Positions 50,472 to 59,831 of a stretch of 64,000 nucleotides of DNA are shown one piece after another. Source of the stretch: Rubripirellula sp. (GTDB taxonomy: Bacteria > Planctomycetota > Planctomycetia > Pirellulales > Pirellulaceae); NCBI GenBank assembly GCA_049889895.1, contig JBMHCO010000058.1, positions 116-64,115 of the forward strand, read 5' to 3'. Position 1 is the first letter of the stretch. The number at the start of each line of letters is the position of its first letter. The position numbers were made by a program, and so were the translations under genes. The notes below the pieces were generated by a model. It saw nothing but the letters and a program-made list of their open reading frames with translations. It did not search any database and was not told where the DNA came from.

Positions 50472-51620
50472 ATGCCGACGCGATTCGTTTTCATTATTTT
50501 TATTTCTGCGTTCTCATTTTTGGGTCTCCAAGACGCACCTGCTCAGGAGACGACCTCGCCTGCGAATGGAAAAAAGGTTATCTCGAAGGCAGCCAATCCA
50601 GCTGAAATCGAACTTGCTGCATCAAAAGGTATCGAGTTCCTTCGTCAAAGGGGGCAAGGTGACGACGGAGCATTCAGCCCCGAGTCAGGCGCAGCAGTGA
50701 CGGGACTCTGCGTTCGAGCCATCCTCGAGCATCGCCCCCAAGCAATCAGTGACCCGGTCATTAAGCGAGCACTGAAGTTTCTTGAATCCAAGATCCAAAG
50801 TGACGGAGGGATCTACACACAAGGCTCCAAGCACCGTAACTATGAGACTTCTGTTGCCGTCGGAGCACTGATCAAAGCCAATCAGGACGGTCAGTATGAC
50901 AGCGTCTTGGATCGTGCAGAGCTTTTCCTGAAGGGGCTACAGTGGGACGAAGATGAGGGAGCCAGCCCGAAAGACCCCGCGTACGGCGGCGCCGGGTACG
51001 GTAGCCATGAACGTCCCGATCTCTCCAACACCTCGTTTTTGATCGACGCACTTCGTGATCTTGGTAACGACGCAAACGACCAAGCGATCCAGAAGGCATT
51101 GCTGTTTGTGAAAAGAACCCAAAACCTACCCGGCCATGGAAACGACACACCACATGCGAACTCGGTGGGTGACGGCGGCTTCTACTACACCCCAGCCGCC
51201 GGCGGTGAAAGTCAGGCCGGCGAGACAGATGGCGGCGGTCTAAGGAGCTACGGTTCAATGACCTACGCCGGCCTGAAGAGCATGATCTACGCCGGTCTGT
51301 CCGCGGATGATCCTAGGGTCATTGCAGCAATGAATTTTATCCGCAAGCACTATAGCCTCACCGAAAACCCAGGCATGGGGCACGCCGGTCAGTTCTACTA
51401 CTACCACACCTTCGCCAAATCCCTCAACGTCGCTGAAATTGACATCCTTGATGACTCAGACGGTAAGCCTCACGATTGGCGAAGCGAACTGGGTGGGCAA
51501 CTAATCGCCATGCAACAGGCTGACGGGTCTTGGGTCAACCAAGAAAACGACCGCTGGATGGAAGGGGACCGGCAACTGGTGACTGCCTACGCCCTTTTGG
51601 CTCTTGCAAACTGCAAGTAG
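50472..51620 (+). CDS. Secreted prenyltransferase/squalene-oxidase-repeat (alpha/alpha-barrel) protein
   Basis: Signal peptide; QSDGGIY; GGAGYG...PDLSNT; DGGFYY; SYGSMTYAGLKS; QQADGSW; TAYALLAL. Confidence 0.85.
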   Translation: MPTRFVFIIFISAFSFLGLQDAPAQETTSPANGKKVISKAANPAEIELAASKGIEFLRQRGQGDDGAFSPESGAAVTGLCVRAILEHRPQAISDPVIKRALKFLESKIQSDGGIYTQGSKHRNYETSVAVGALIKANQDGQYDSVLDRAELFLKGLQWDEDEGASPKDPAYGGAGYGSHERPDLSNTSFLIDALRDLGNDANDQAIQKALLFVKRTQNLPGHGNDTPHANSVGDGGFYYTPAAGGESQAGETDGGGLRSYGSMTYAGLKSMIYAGLSADDPRVIAAMNFIRKHYSLTENPGMGHAGQFYYYHTFAKSLNVAEIDILDDSDGKPHDWRSELGGQLIAMQQADGSWVNQENDRWMEGDRQLVTAYALLALANCK

Positions 51621-51682
51621 ACAGCGAACTGTGACGATGCGGGCTGAATATGCTGACAGCTGAATCCCGACGCTGATTTCCT

Positions 51683-51808
51683 GAAACAGACCACCGAAAC
51701 AGACCACTGGGGAATTGAATTTGCTTAAGCCGATGCGGTAAGCAACAGCGTTCACCTCAAAATGGTTATGCTTACGACTCATAAGAATATGCTTACGACT
51801 GATAAGAA
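51683..51808. repeat. Cluster of short tandem duplications and a hairpin
   Basis: GAAACAGACCAC(C) x2 (51683-51707); TTGCTTA...TAAGCAA inverted repeat (51721-51745); TATGCTTACGACT[C/G]ATAAGAA x2 (51767-51808). Confidence 0.9.
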
Positions 51809-51911
51809 TCGGAGCATGTCGAGCGTGCAGTCGCAGAGATGAGCCGAATCGATTTGCGGTTGAGCACGAATGAAGTAAAGCGTCTCCAAAGATCACAAGG
51901 CACAATTTGTC

Positions 51912-53057
51912 ATGATGCAGCCCCCCCGATGTGGATCGATTGTTTTGTTTCTGCTGTGTTGCTTTTCGCCAGCGATGGGAGACGAGTCGTCGCAATCAGC
52001 TACGGATGAAGCCGCGCCGAGCCAATGGATCACTTCAATTGCGCCCCTGAGTGATGATGGCACCTTTGTTGCGGCCACGGCGAACGGGCTATTAATGCAA
52101 CCCGCCTCGGTGGATCGACTTACAAGTGACCAGCCTCAAGCAAGAACTCAGCTCTACACACATCCAGCTGCGGTATGGTGTGTGGTGTCTTTCTCAGAAG
52201 GAAAAAAAATCGCCAGCGTTGACTATCGCGGGAATTTAGCGATCTACGATTTGGCAGAAGCGAACCTCGCAATGCACGAGAAAGCTCTCGAGCGTTGGTG
52301 CCAGAGTCTCATCGTTGCTCCGAGCGGCGATTTGCTCGTTGCGGGCAATGAAGCGGGAAAAATCTTGGTCTGGAATGTCGCGGATTCCAAAGTGGCCAAG
52401 TCCGTCGAACTCGATGGCCATGCAATAACGGGGCTTGCGATCTCACCCGATCAAAAACAGCTTGCAGCGAGTGACGGTAGCGGGCAGATCCATTTCCTTC
52501 AGTGGCCGAATCTGGAGCCCGTAGGAAAGTCCAAAATCAGTGACTCTCCAGCATGGTGTGTTGCCTACACTCCGGAAGGAGATCAGGTTCTCGTGGGTAG
52601 TGGAGACAACCACCTTTATCAACTCGGCAATCAAGCTGATGCAGAGGCCAAAGTGGTTGCGACTGGCCTGGACTGGATAACCAATCTCGCGATTTCGGAA
52701 AGTGGCGAGATTGCCGCCGGCGAAGTGGGAGGCAACCTTCACATGATATCCAATGGGATGACCGCCACACCCGTCATCAAGACGTTCACTTCATCAAGCG
52801 GCGTTTGGTCGCTCTGCTGGAATGGAACGCAAGAACTACTTGTTGGGTCAAGAAAGGATGGCATCTCCCGAATGGGACGCTCATGGGACTGGATTGCGGA
52901 ACCGAAGAAAAGTGAAAGTGAAACTGTTCCCGATGAAGCATCCAAGGAAGAAGCCAGTGAGACCGCTTCCAAAGAAAAGGAGACTGCTGAAACGAGCGAG
53001 TCTGCCGAAACACCTGAGAAGCCAGAGTCGAATCAGGCAGATCCCAACTCAAAGTAA
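51912..53057 (+). CDS. Secreted WD40-repeat beta-propeller protein
   Basis: Repeats HPAAVWCV, WCQSLIV, HAITGLAISPD, AWCVAYTPEG, WITNLA, VWSLCW; acidic C-terminal tail. Confidence 0.88.
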   Translation: MMQPPRCGSIVLFLLCCFSPAMGDESSQSATDEAAPSQWITSIAPLSDDGTFVAATANGLLMQPASVDRLTSDQPQARTQLYTHPAAVWCVVSFSEGKKIASVDYRGNLAIYDLAEANLAMHEKALERWCQSLIVAPSGDLLVAGNEAGKILVWNVADSKVAKSVELDGHAITGLAISPDQKQLAASDGSGQIHFLQWPNLEPVGKSKISDSPAWCVAYTPEGDQVLVGSGDNHLYQLGNQADAEAKVVATGLDWITNLAISESGEIAAGEVGGNLHMISNGMTATPVIKTFTSSSGVWSLCWNGTQELLVGSRKDGISRMGRSWDWIAEPKKSESETVPDEASKEEASETASKEKETAETSESAETPEKPESNQADPNSK

Positions 53058-53155
53058 ACACTCCGCTTTTGTGACCTTGCAGCACCTGCACCGAATCAAT
53101 CAGATCCACACGCTGTCACTATTGCTAAATTCGTTGACAAAAGAGAACCCAGAGA

Positions 53156-53572
53156 ATGAAGTCGCCCCTGCAAGCCATGCGAGATTTGCTTGAAGAGGAT
53201 CAACGCTACAAGCTCGAAGCGTACCAATTCATCCGCGAAGCGCTACAGTATGCTCACGAACACATTCTTGTGTCACCCGAAGCGACAACCGGCCCAAGTG
53301 GAGAGATGACACCGCGGCACATCACTGGTCAACAACTCTGCGAAGCGTGTCGCCTCTATGCGATTGAACAGTATGGCTACCTTTCCAAGATGGTACTCGC
53401 CAAATGGGGTGTGCACTCAACGAGTGACTTTGGCGAAATTGTTTACAACCTCATCCGGATCGAGCAGATGAGAAAAAGCGAGTCTGACCAACGTGAAGAT
53501 TTTGACGATCTGTACACGTTCGACGAAGCGTTTGAACCAAATTTTGAATTGGCACCTCATGATCAAACCTAA
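53156..53572 (+). CDS. Minf_1886/TIGR04138 family PVC-restricted protein
   Basis: RYKLEAYQFIREAL; RHITGQQLCE; EQYGYL; WGVHSTSDFGEIVYNLI. Confidence 0.88.
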   Translation: MKSPLQAMRDLLEEDQRYKLEAYQFIREALQYAHEHILVSPEATTGPSGEMTPRHITGQQLCEACRLYAIEQYGYLSKMVLAKWGVHSTSDFGEIVYNLIRIEQMRKSESDQREDFDDLYTFDEAFEPNFELAPHDQT

Positions 53573-53585
53573 CCGGAACAAGCAG

Positions 53586-54458
53586 ATGCTTCACATAAAA
53601 GAATTCACTCGCGTCTTCGTGCCGCATCGGATGTGGTTTCGCATCGCAGTGATTACCGTCATGAGTTGCCAACTCGCGACGGCGATTCATGCCCAATCCA
53701 CCGAGGCATTAGACCAGCAGGCGATCACCCAGGAGCAGCCCTCCGCCATCACGACCGAATCCAAACGGGTTGAGAGACCGAGACCGGAGGAAGATGCGAG
53801 GCGCACCTACCTCGGCCGTGTGCTGGCTCAGCCCATGTCTCATCTCGGTGCGAACTGGCTTGTCCGACCGGAACGGGACCAAGAGGAAAACGCGAGCTTG
53901 TCATTCAAACAACTGCAACTGAAAGAGGGCATGACGGTTTGTGACCTCGGTTGCGGTAATGGCTACTGGACGCTTCCGATGGCGCGTGATGTTGGAAGCA
54001 CAGGTCGAGTTCTTGCGGTCGACATCCAACCTGAGATGCTCCAAAAACTCCGCGAACGCTCCGCACAGTTCAATTACACGCACATCGAACCGATCCGCAG
54101 TACGGTTAGCGACCCAAAGCTTCCCAAAAACGAGGTGGATCTATTGTTGATGGTTGATGTCTACCATGAATTCTCGCATCCTGAGTCGATGCTTTGGGGA
54201 ATTCGCCGATCTCTCAAACCCAACGGTGTTGTTGCGTTGCTCGAGTATCGTGAGGAGGACCCACGTGTGCCCATCAAACCGCTGCATAAGATGTCCAAGA
54301 ACCAAATTTTGAAAGAGTATCAAGAGAACGGGTTCAAACTGGTTCGCGAATTCAACGAGTTACCTTGGCAACACCTGATGTTTTTTGCCAGGGATGACAG
54401 CCCACTTCCAGAAATTGAAGCCAAGCCGACACAACAGGTACTCGAAGAACTCGAGTAG
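53586..54458 (+). CDS. Secreted class I SAM-dependent methyltransferase
   Basis: VCDLGCGNGYW; VLAVDIQPEML; LLLMVDVYHEFSHP. Start uncertain (53586-53631). Confidence 0.9.
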   Translation: MLHIKEFTRVFVPHRMWFRIAVITVMSCQLATAIHAQSTEALDQQAITQEQPSAITTESKRVERPRPEEDARRTYLGRVLAQPMSHLGANWLVRPERDQEENASLSFKQLQLKEGMTVCDLGCGNGYWTLPMARDVGSTGRVLAVDIQPEMLQKLRERSAQFNYTHIEPIRSTVSDPKLPKNEVDLLLMVDVYHEFSHPESMLWGIRRSLKPNGVVALLEYREEDPRVPIKPLHKMSKNQILKEYQENGFKLVREFNELPWQHLMFFARDDSPLPEIEAKPTQQVLEELE

Positions 54459-54525
54459 GTTATACTGCCGGCCATCAAAAAAGACCAACTTGCACATAGA
54501 GCCAAAAACCAAAGAGCTTAGACGC

Positions 54526-55923
54526 ATGTCCATCCTGCTACGTCTCAATGTCATGATGTTCCTTCAGTTCTTTGTCTGGGGTGCGTGGTTCGCCACACTT
54601 GGACTGGCTTTGGGGAATTATGACCTTGGCGACATTACAGGGGATGCATACAGCTCAGCACCCATCGCCGCAATTTTTGCTCCTCTTTTCTTAGGCCTGA
54701 TAGCTGATCGATTCTTTGCCTCTGAAAAGGTCATGGGAATCCTGCTTTTAATTGGTGGAGTTCTCCTGCTAGGCATACCGATGGCCGACGCGGATCCAAA
54801 GTTGATCTATTTGTTCATACTTGGGCACATGCTTTGCTATATGCCAACCCTTGGTCTTGGAAACACCATTGCTTTTACTCACATCCAAAACCAAAGCGAT
54901 TTCCCAAAGATTCGCGTATGGGGAACGATCGGTTGGATTGTTGCTGGACTTGTGGTTGGAGGCCTAGGATGGTCAGCAAGCATGAATATGTTCTGGCTGG
55001 CTGGATCTGCATCCATCATCCTTGGAGCATTTTGCTTCACTCTGCCAAACACACCACCACCTATGAAGGGTGAGCCAATTCAGTTTAGATCCCTGCTGAT
55101 GGTTGACGCTTGGCGTCTTTTGAAGGATCGCAATTTTTTCGTCTTTGCGATCAGCTCAACCTTGATATGTGTTCCGCTTGCCTACTATTACAGCGTCACT
55201 TCAGTCTACCTCGGCCAAACTGGTTTTACAGAACCAGCTGCAACAATGACGTTGGGCCAAATGTCCGAAATCTTTTTCATGCTTTTGATTCCCTTCTTCT
55301 TCAGGAAACTCGGACTTAAGAGCATGATCCTGATTGGAATGGCTTGCTGGGTTTTGAGGTACCTACTTTTCGCTTTCGGTGCTCCGAGCCAAATCACTTG
55401 GATGATCTTACTTGCGGTAGCAATGCACGGTATCTGCTATGACTTCTTCTTCGTGACCGGATTCATGTACACCGACCAGAAAGCGCCTCGAGAAATTCGC
55501 GGCCAAGCCCAATCGCTGCTCGTTTTTCTAACACAGGGAATCGGCATGTTTTTCGGGTACAAAGTCGCCGCTGCGGGTTCTTTTCTCGGCATCGACCTTG
55601 GATTCACAATTGGTGAGTACGGCAAACAAATCTCAAGCAGCAAAGCCTACGAAAATGCGATAAAAGAAGCTTCAGGTGAACTTGAACCTGTTAGCTTCTT
55701 TGAAACCTTCGCAACCATGTTTTCTCGGCAACTACCGGATGGCCTAGATCAAGTTCTCTTGAGCGAGACAATGCTTCAGTGGAAGAACTTCTGGATCTTC
55801 CCATCCATAATGGCAGGCGGCATCTTCATTTTGTTTTTCTTGCTCTTCCACGACAAAGCAAAATCAAGCGATGAGTCTGATGGAGGTTCGAACAGCGAGC
55901 CTGAAAATATTGCCACAAACTAA
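54526..55923 (+). CDS. MFS nucleoside:H+ symporter (NupG/XapB-like)
   Basis: MMFLQFFVWGAW; FPKIRVWGTIGWI; TLGQMSEIFFM; HGICYDFFFV. Confidence 0.93.
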   Translation: MSILLRLNVMMFLQFFVWGAWFATLGLALGNYDLGDITGDAYSSAPIAAIFAPLFLGLIADRFFASEKVMGILLLIGGVLLLGIPMADADPKLIYLFILGHMLCYMPTLGLGNTIAFTHIQNQSDFPKIRVWGTIGWIVAGLVVGGLGWSASMNMFWLAGSASIILGAFCFTLPNTPPPMKGEPIQFRSLLMVDAWRLLKDRNFFVFAISSTLICVPLAYYYSVTSVYLGQTGFTEPAATMTLGQMSEIFFMLLIPFFFRKLGLKSMILIGMACWVLRYLLFAFGAPSQITWMILLAVAMHGICYDFFFVTGFMYTDQKAPREIRGQAQSLLVFLTQGIGMFFGYKVAAAGSFLGIDLGFTIGEYGKQISSSKAYENAIKEASGELEPVSFFETFATMFSRQLPDGLDQVLLSETMLQWKNFWIFPSIMAGGIFILFFLLFHDKAKSSDESDGGSNSEPENIATN

Positions 55924-57191
55924 GCAACGTGTGCAGGACGGCGACGCCCAAGATCGATCACCTCTGTGGGTGACATCTGACGTAGCCTAGCGGTGACAAA
56001 CTCGGGTGCATTCATCGATGACGTGATCGCTGACCACCGATTGATCGATTGAAGAATCACATCGGAACCGAGGCGATCAAAGAATGCGGACCAAGTGCGT
56101 TTGGAATCAAACCCGAGTCCTCCCCGCATCGCCAGATCCAACTCAGCGGTTGAACCAATGACTCCGTCAAGTCTCGCCAAAACCGCTTCGATCCACATCG
56201 GCACAGCGAGCAGCATCATCACCTGCTGCTCGTCAACGACTGGCGATTGACTTTGATATTGCTGTATCAACTGTGCCGTTTCTTGAGCGACGTCCATTGA
56301 GCGACGGCCATCGACGTAGTCATAAAAGCCACCGCCAGCGAATCGTCCAGACCGACCTTTTTTCACCAATGCAGGTAACAGCGGGGCAGGGCATAGCCGT
56401 TTGGGAAAAGCTCTCCAAAAGACACGCCCCGCATCAAAAGCCGTTCGCGTCCCAATCCAGTCAATCAACTCCAGCGGTGAGATTGGCATCCCGTATCGCC
56501 TTGCCGCGCGGTCAATAACGCGAGGAGAAACGCCGCGACAAAGCAATTGCATTGCCTCGTTGAGGTAAGGGGACAGCAGGCGATTCACAATAAAACCAGG
56601 AGAGTCCTCAACCTGAATCGGTTGCTTATTCAGTCTTAGAACATGCGAAATCGCTTGATAAATTGTCTCGCGATCGCTGCCCAAACCACTCGCTACTTCC
56701 ACCGCTTGGCGAGCGTGAACGGGCATGAAAAAATGCATACCACACAGTCGCTCAGGAAACTTCAGCCCCGTCGCAATCTGTTGAATTTGCAAGTTGGAAG
56801 TGTTGCTGCAGTAAACAGACAACTCTCCAAAGACCGCCTGCGCCTGTTGAAAAAACTCCTGCTTTACCTCGAGACGCTCTGAGATGGATTCGATGACGAT
56901 CGTCGGATGCCCTGCTGCCCTCGCATCGGCATCGAAAGAGAACTCGAGGGCATGCCCAAGTTCCTCAATGCCTGACACCGAACTCGCCGAAACCGGTGCG
57001 TGGCGAGCATCGCGAAGGAGCTCTTCTCCTGCAACCTGCAGGTGCGTTAGATCGTGATCGATAAGCGTGAATGGGATTCCCGCCATCAAATGACATCGAG
57101 CAATCTCTCGACCTACCACTCCAGCACCAACCAACACCGTTGACGCTTGTGGAGTTATTCGTTTTTCAGACACTGAAGATTCCTTCAACAA
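55920..57191 (-). CDS. 3-hydroxyacyl-CoA dehydrogenase family protein (no enoyl-CoA hydratase domain)
   Basis: LVGAGVVG; IESISERLEVK; SNTSNL; GMHFFMP; DSPGFIVNRLL; duplicated C-terminal domain. Confidence 0.9.
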   Translation of the reverse strand: MLKESSVSEKRITPQASTVLVGAGVVGREIARCHLMAGIPFTLIDHDLTHLQVAGEELLRDARHAPVSASSVSGIEELGHALEFSFDADARAAGHPTIVIESISERLEVKQEFFQQAQAVFGELSVYCSNTSNLQIQQIATGLKFPERLCGMHFFMPVHARQAVEVASGLGSDRETIYQAISHVLRLNKQPIQVEDSPGFIVNRLLSPYLNEAMQLLCRGVSPRVIDRAARRYGMPISPLELIDWIGTRTAFDAGRVFWRAFPKRLCPAPLLPALVKKGRSGRFAGGGFYDYVDGRRSMDVAQETAQLIQQYQSQSPVVDEQQVMMLLAVPMWIEAVLARLDGVIGSTAELDLAMRGGLGFDSKRTWSAFFDRLGSDVILQSINRWSAITSSMNAPEFVTARLRQMSPTEVIDLGRRRPAHVA

Positions 57192-57230
57192 AGTGCTGAT
57201 CGTGTATCGCCCCTGCAGATTGGACCTACA

Positions 57231-58118
57231 TTAGGCGGCTAACATGCTTCGATCCTGAAGCGTCGCTCGAACATCCCTAAGATTCTCCGTTGACTCCAAC
57301 CAATGGATGGGAACCTTTCCATAAAACGCAGCCCAACCGGTGAAGGTGCTTGGTGGACCAACCAACAAGTCCGTCCCGGCAAACCCATACAAATCCTCGA
57401 TCACCCCATCGCTCTCGCAAGACACGGTGAGCCCAGAAAAATCATGTTCTCTCAATATGCCATTACCGCACACCAAGAAACCAACACGCGCCGGGGCTAG
57501 CTGTTCCCGGATTTGACGCATCACGTCGGCATATTCACTGGTTGGGTAAAAGTACTTGCCGTTGAGATAGGTAGCGTAATCGCCGTGTCGAATGTGAACA
57601 CCAACAATCACATCCGCTTGATCACGCAATCTGTTTAATCGTGCATCGATCGAAGCCTGCACGGTTTCAGGGATCGCAAAATGTGTGCGAATCACCTCGG
57701 CGTGCTGATGAAGTAGTCGCTCACTTCGAAACAACCACCCTTGGAGCAAGACATGCCGACTCCAGACCAACGAAGCAAATTCATCGCTGCCCAGATCCAT
57801 CGACTCGCCGTGGCCCAAACGAATCACCCTAAGCTTGGAAAAGTTCCCACCTAGGGCGTGAAGTCCGCGACCACCGAACTCCACCGCCTTACTCAAAACG
57901 TGCCGGCCCCACTGTGACGGTTGACCTGACTGACGCGGTGATATGGGATAGTGACACCAACGATCATGAGCGGTACGCGGAAACATGCTGGCGTACTCAG
58001 CGAACGACGGATTGACTAGCTCAACACCGTACTCTTCTGCGGCAGCGATCAGGTGCGCGTAGAGAAAGAGACGATTCCCTAGTTGGCCAAATTTTTTTCC
58101 AAGGATCATCATGATCAT
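57231..58118 (-). CDS. GT11 family alpha-1,2-fucosyltransferase-like protein
   Basis: N-terminal GQLGNRLF; VGVHIRHGDY; STFTGWAAF. Start 58118-58109 more likely than 58133. Confidence 0.88.
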   Translation of the reverse strand: MIMMILGKKFGQLGNRLFLYAHLIAAAEEYGVELVNPSFAEYASMFPRTAHDRWCHYPISPRQSGQPSQWGRHVLSKAVEFGGRGLHALGGNFSKLRVIRLGHGESMDLGSDEFASLVWSRHVLLQGWLFRSERLLHQHAEVIRTHFAIPETVQASIDARLNRLRDQADVIVGVHIRHGDYATYLNGKYFYPTSEYADVMRQIREQLAPARVGFLVCGNGILREHDFSGLTVSCESDGVIEDLYGFAGTDLLVGPPSTFTGWAAFYGKVPIHWLESTENLRDVRATLQDRSMLAA

Positions 58119-58480
58119 CGTTCCCGTGAGCACCCTCGCTCGAGGATCGGATTCCGCTTTGATGTTGTGATCGCTTATTGCAGATCACCGCCACCAAAAA
58201 CCGTCCGATCGCCCCCCATCTCAACCCCATCCTGCACACTGGAGAAGTAGGCAATATACGTCTGTGGGATAAGCTATTGTGAATAGCCCAGAACAACAAG
58301 ATCGTTTCTTCAGCCGAGATACGTCGGCAAACGAATCCCGGTCAGTAAATCGATACCTCAAACGGGATTCGATCACCCTAAGAGCGTTATTAGCCTCTCT
58401 GCAACCACGTTCGTTACGAACTTCTTCTCGCCCGCCCAAGATGGAAGGCGTTCCAGATGGAAGACGCCATTGACGAAGCC

Positions 58481-58560
58481 CCAGTTCATGAAGTTGCCAG
58501 TTCATGAAGTTGCCAGTTCATGAAGTTGCCAGTTCATGAAGTTGCCAGTCCATGAAGCCG
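58481..58560. repeat. 16-bp tandem repeat, 4 perfect copies plus 1 degenerate copy
   Basis: CCAGTTCATGAAGTTG x4, then CCAGTCCATGAAGCCG; internal palindrome TTCATGAA. Confidence 0.97.
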
Positions 58561-58743
58561 ACCGCTTGCAGAAATTGCTAGCTTTTAGTGGGCGGTTAGG
58601 AATCTCGGCAAATCCCAATCGCCCTGCGAAGCTTAAATGCTCCTCAGGGATAAGCAATTCCGCCGGCAGTCGCTAAACTGGCAGCGAGTCGCTTTGCGTG
58701 TCGCGAGTTGACTGCTCACCTTTTGACTGCCGAGATAGGGAAG

Positions 58744-59754
58744 ATGAATAAAATTTGCGTCGGAATAGTTGGCGCCACCGGGTATACCGCTCTGGAAACC
58801 GCACGCCTTCTCCTTCAGCATCCTGAAGCCGAGGTGGTTGTAGCGACGAGCCGAAACGATGCGGGGAAGCCTCTCTCGGAGGTTCACCCATCCTTAAGTG
58901 GCCGTTTGAATGTCACCATCAGTGAACTGGATATCCAAGAGATCTGCCGTGATTGCGATGTAGTCATGTGTTGCTTGCCACACGGAGCATCTGCGGAGAC
59001 AGTCAAACAGTTAGTTGAAGGCGGCACACGAGTCGTCGACTTCAGTGCAGACTTCCGGCTATCGAGTCTTGAAACATACGAGCGTTGGTACGGAGTCAAA
59101 CACCCATGGCCCGAGCGCATTGGCTCAGTCGCTTACGGGATGCCTGAATTCTTCGCCGAGCAGATACGGGAAGCGGACATTGTCGCAAATCCAGGATGCT
59201 ATCCAACGTCCGCCATTTTACCTCTCGCGCCGCTCGTTGAGTCTGGACTCATCGAATCCGACGACATCATTATCGACAGTAAGAGCGGCGTTAGTGGTGC
59301 CGGCAGGAGCGCGAAGGTTGCAACGCTCTACTGTGAGACGAACGAGTCGATTGCTGCTTACGCGGTGGGGACCCATCGCCATCAACCTGAAATCGACGAT
59401 CTGGTGACTCGAATCAGTGGCACAGCGATCGAGAGTCTCTTCACTCCACACCTCACTCCGATGGATCGAGGCATTCTGTCAACAATATACGTTCACTCCA
59501 AAGCGGAAGTATCGGACATCATGGAATGCTGGCGAACCAAGTATGCGGATTCTCCATTTGTTCATCCCGTTGACCATCTACCTGCAACCAAATTTGTTTC
59601 AGGTACAAACCACGTACAGATGACAGCACGCAACTCTGGTCGTCGGAAAGTCCTTGTTTGTGCGATCGACAATTTGGCCAAAGGTGCCAGCGGTGCAGCG
59701 GTGCAGAATCTCAACGTGATGTTCGGATTGCCTCAAAGTCTCGGATTAACTTAG
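58744..59754 (+). CDS. argC: N-acetyl-gamma-glutamyl-phosphate reductase
   Basis: IVGATGYTALE; CLPHGAS; DFSADFRL; ANPGCYPT; SGVSGAGR; IDNLAKGASGAAVQN. Confidence 0.98.
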   Translation: MNKICVGIVGATGYTALETARLLLQHPEAEVVVATSRNDAGKPLSEVHPSLSGRLNVTISELDIQEICRDCDVVMCCLPHGASAETVKQLVEGGTRVVDFSADFRLSSLETYERWYGVKHPWPERIGSVAYGMPEFFAEQIREADIVANPGCYPTSAILPLAPLVESGLIESDDIIIDSKSGVSGAGRSAKVATLYCETNESIAAYAVGTHRHQPEIDDLVTRISGTAIESLFTPHLTPMDRGILSTIYVHSKAEVSDIMECWRTKYADSPFVHPVDHLPATKFVSGTNHVQMTARNSGRRKVLVCAIDNLAKGASGAAVQNLNVMFGLPQSLGLT

Positions 59755-59831
59755 CCCACGCTAAGTTCACCACAAGCTAAACTGAACATTCATCTAATCT
59801 CATGCGATCTCTCATAACGTGAAGCGACTTT

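Noticed and set aside
51501-51995. 164-aa minus-strand ORF spanning the repeat-rich spacer
   Set aside because: It overlaps two real plus-strand genes, crosses tandem duplications and has no protein-like motifs.
58279-58473. 64-aa intergenic ORF (MNSPEQQDRFF...)
   Set aside because: GTG start with a weak RBS and no recognisable domain. It cannot be supported without homology or ribosome-profiling data, though it is not excluded.
58481-58560. Possible CRISPR array
   Set aside because: Head-to-tail 16-bp units with no spacers; it is a VNTR.
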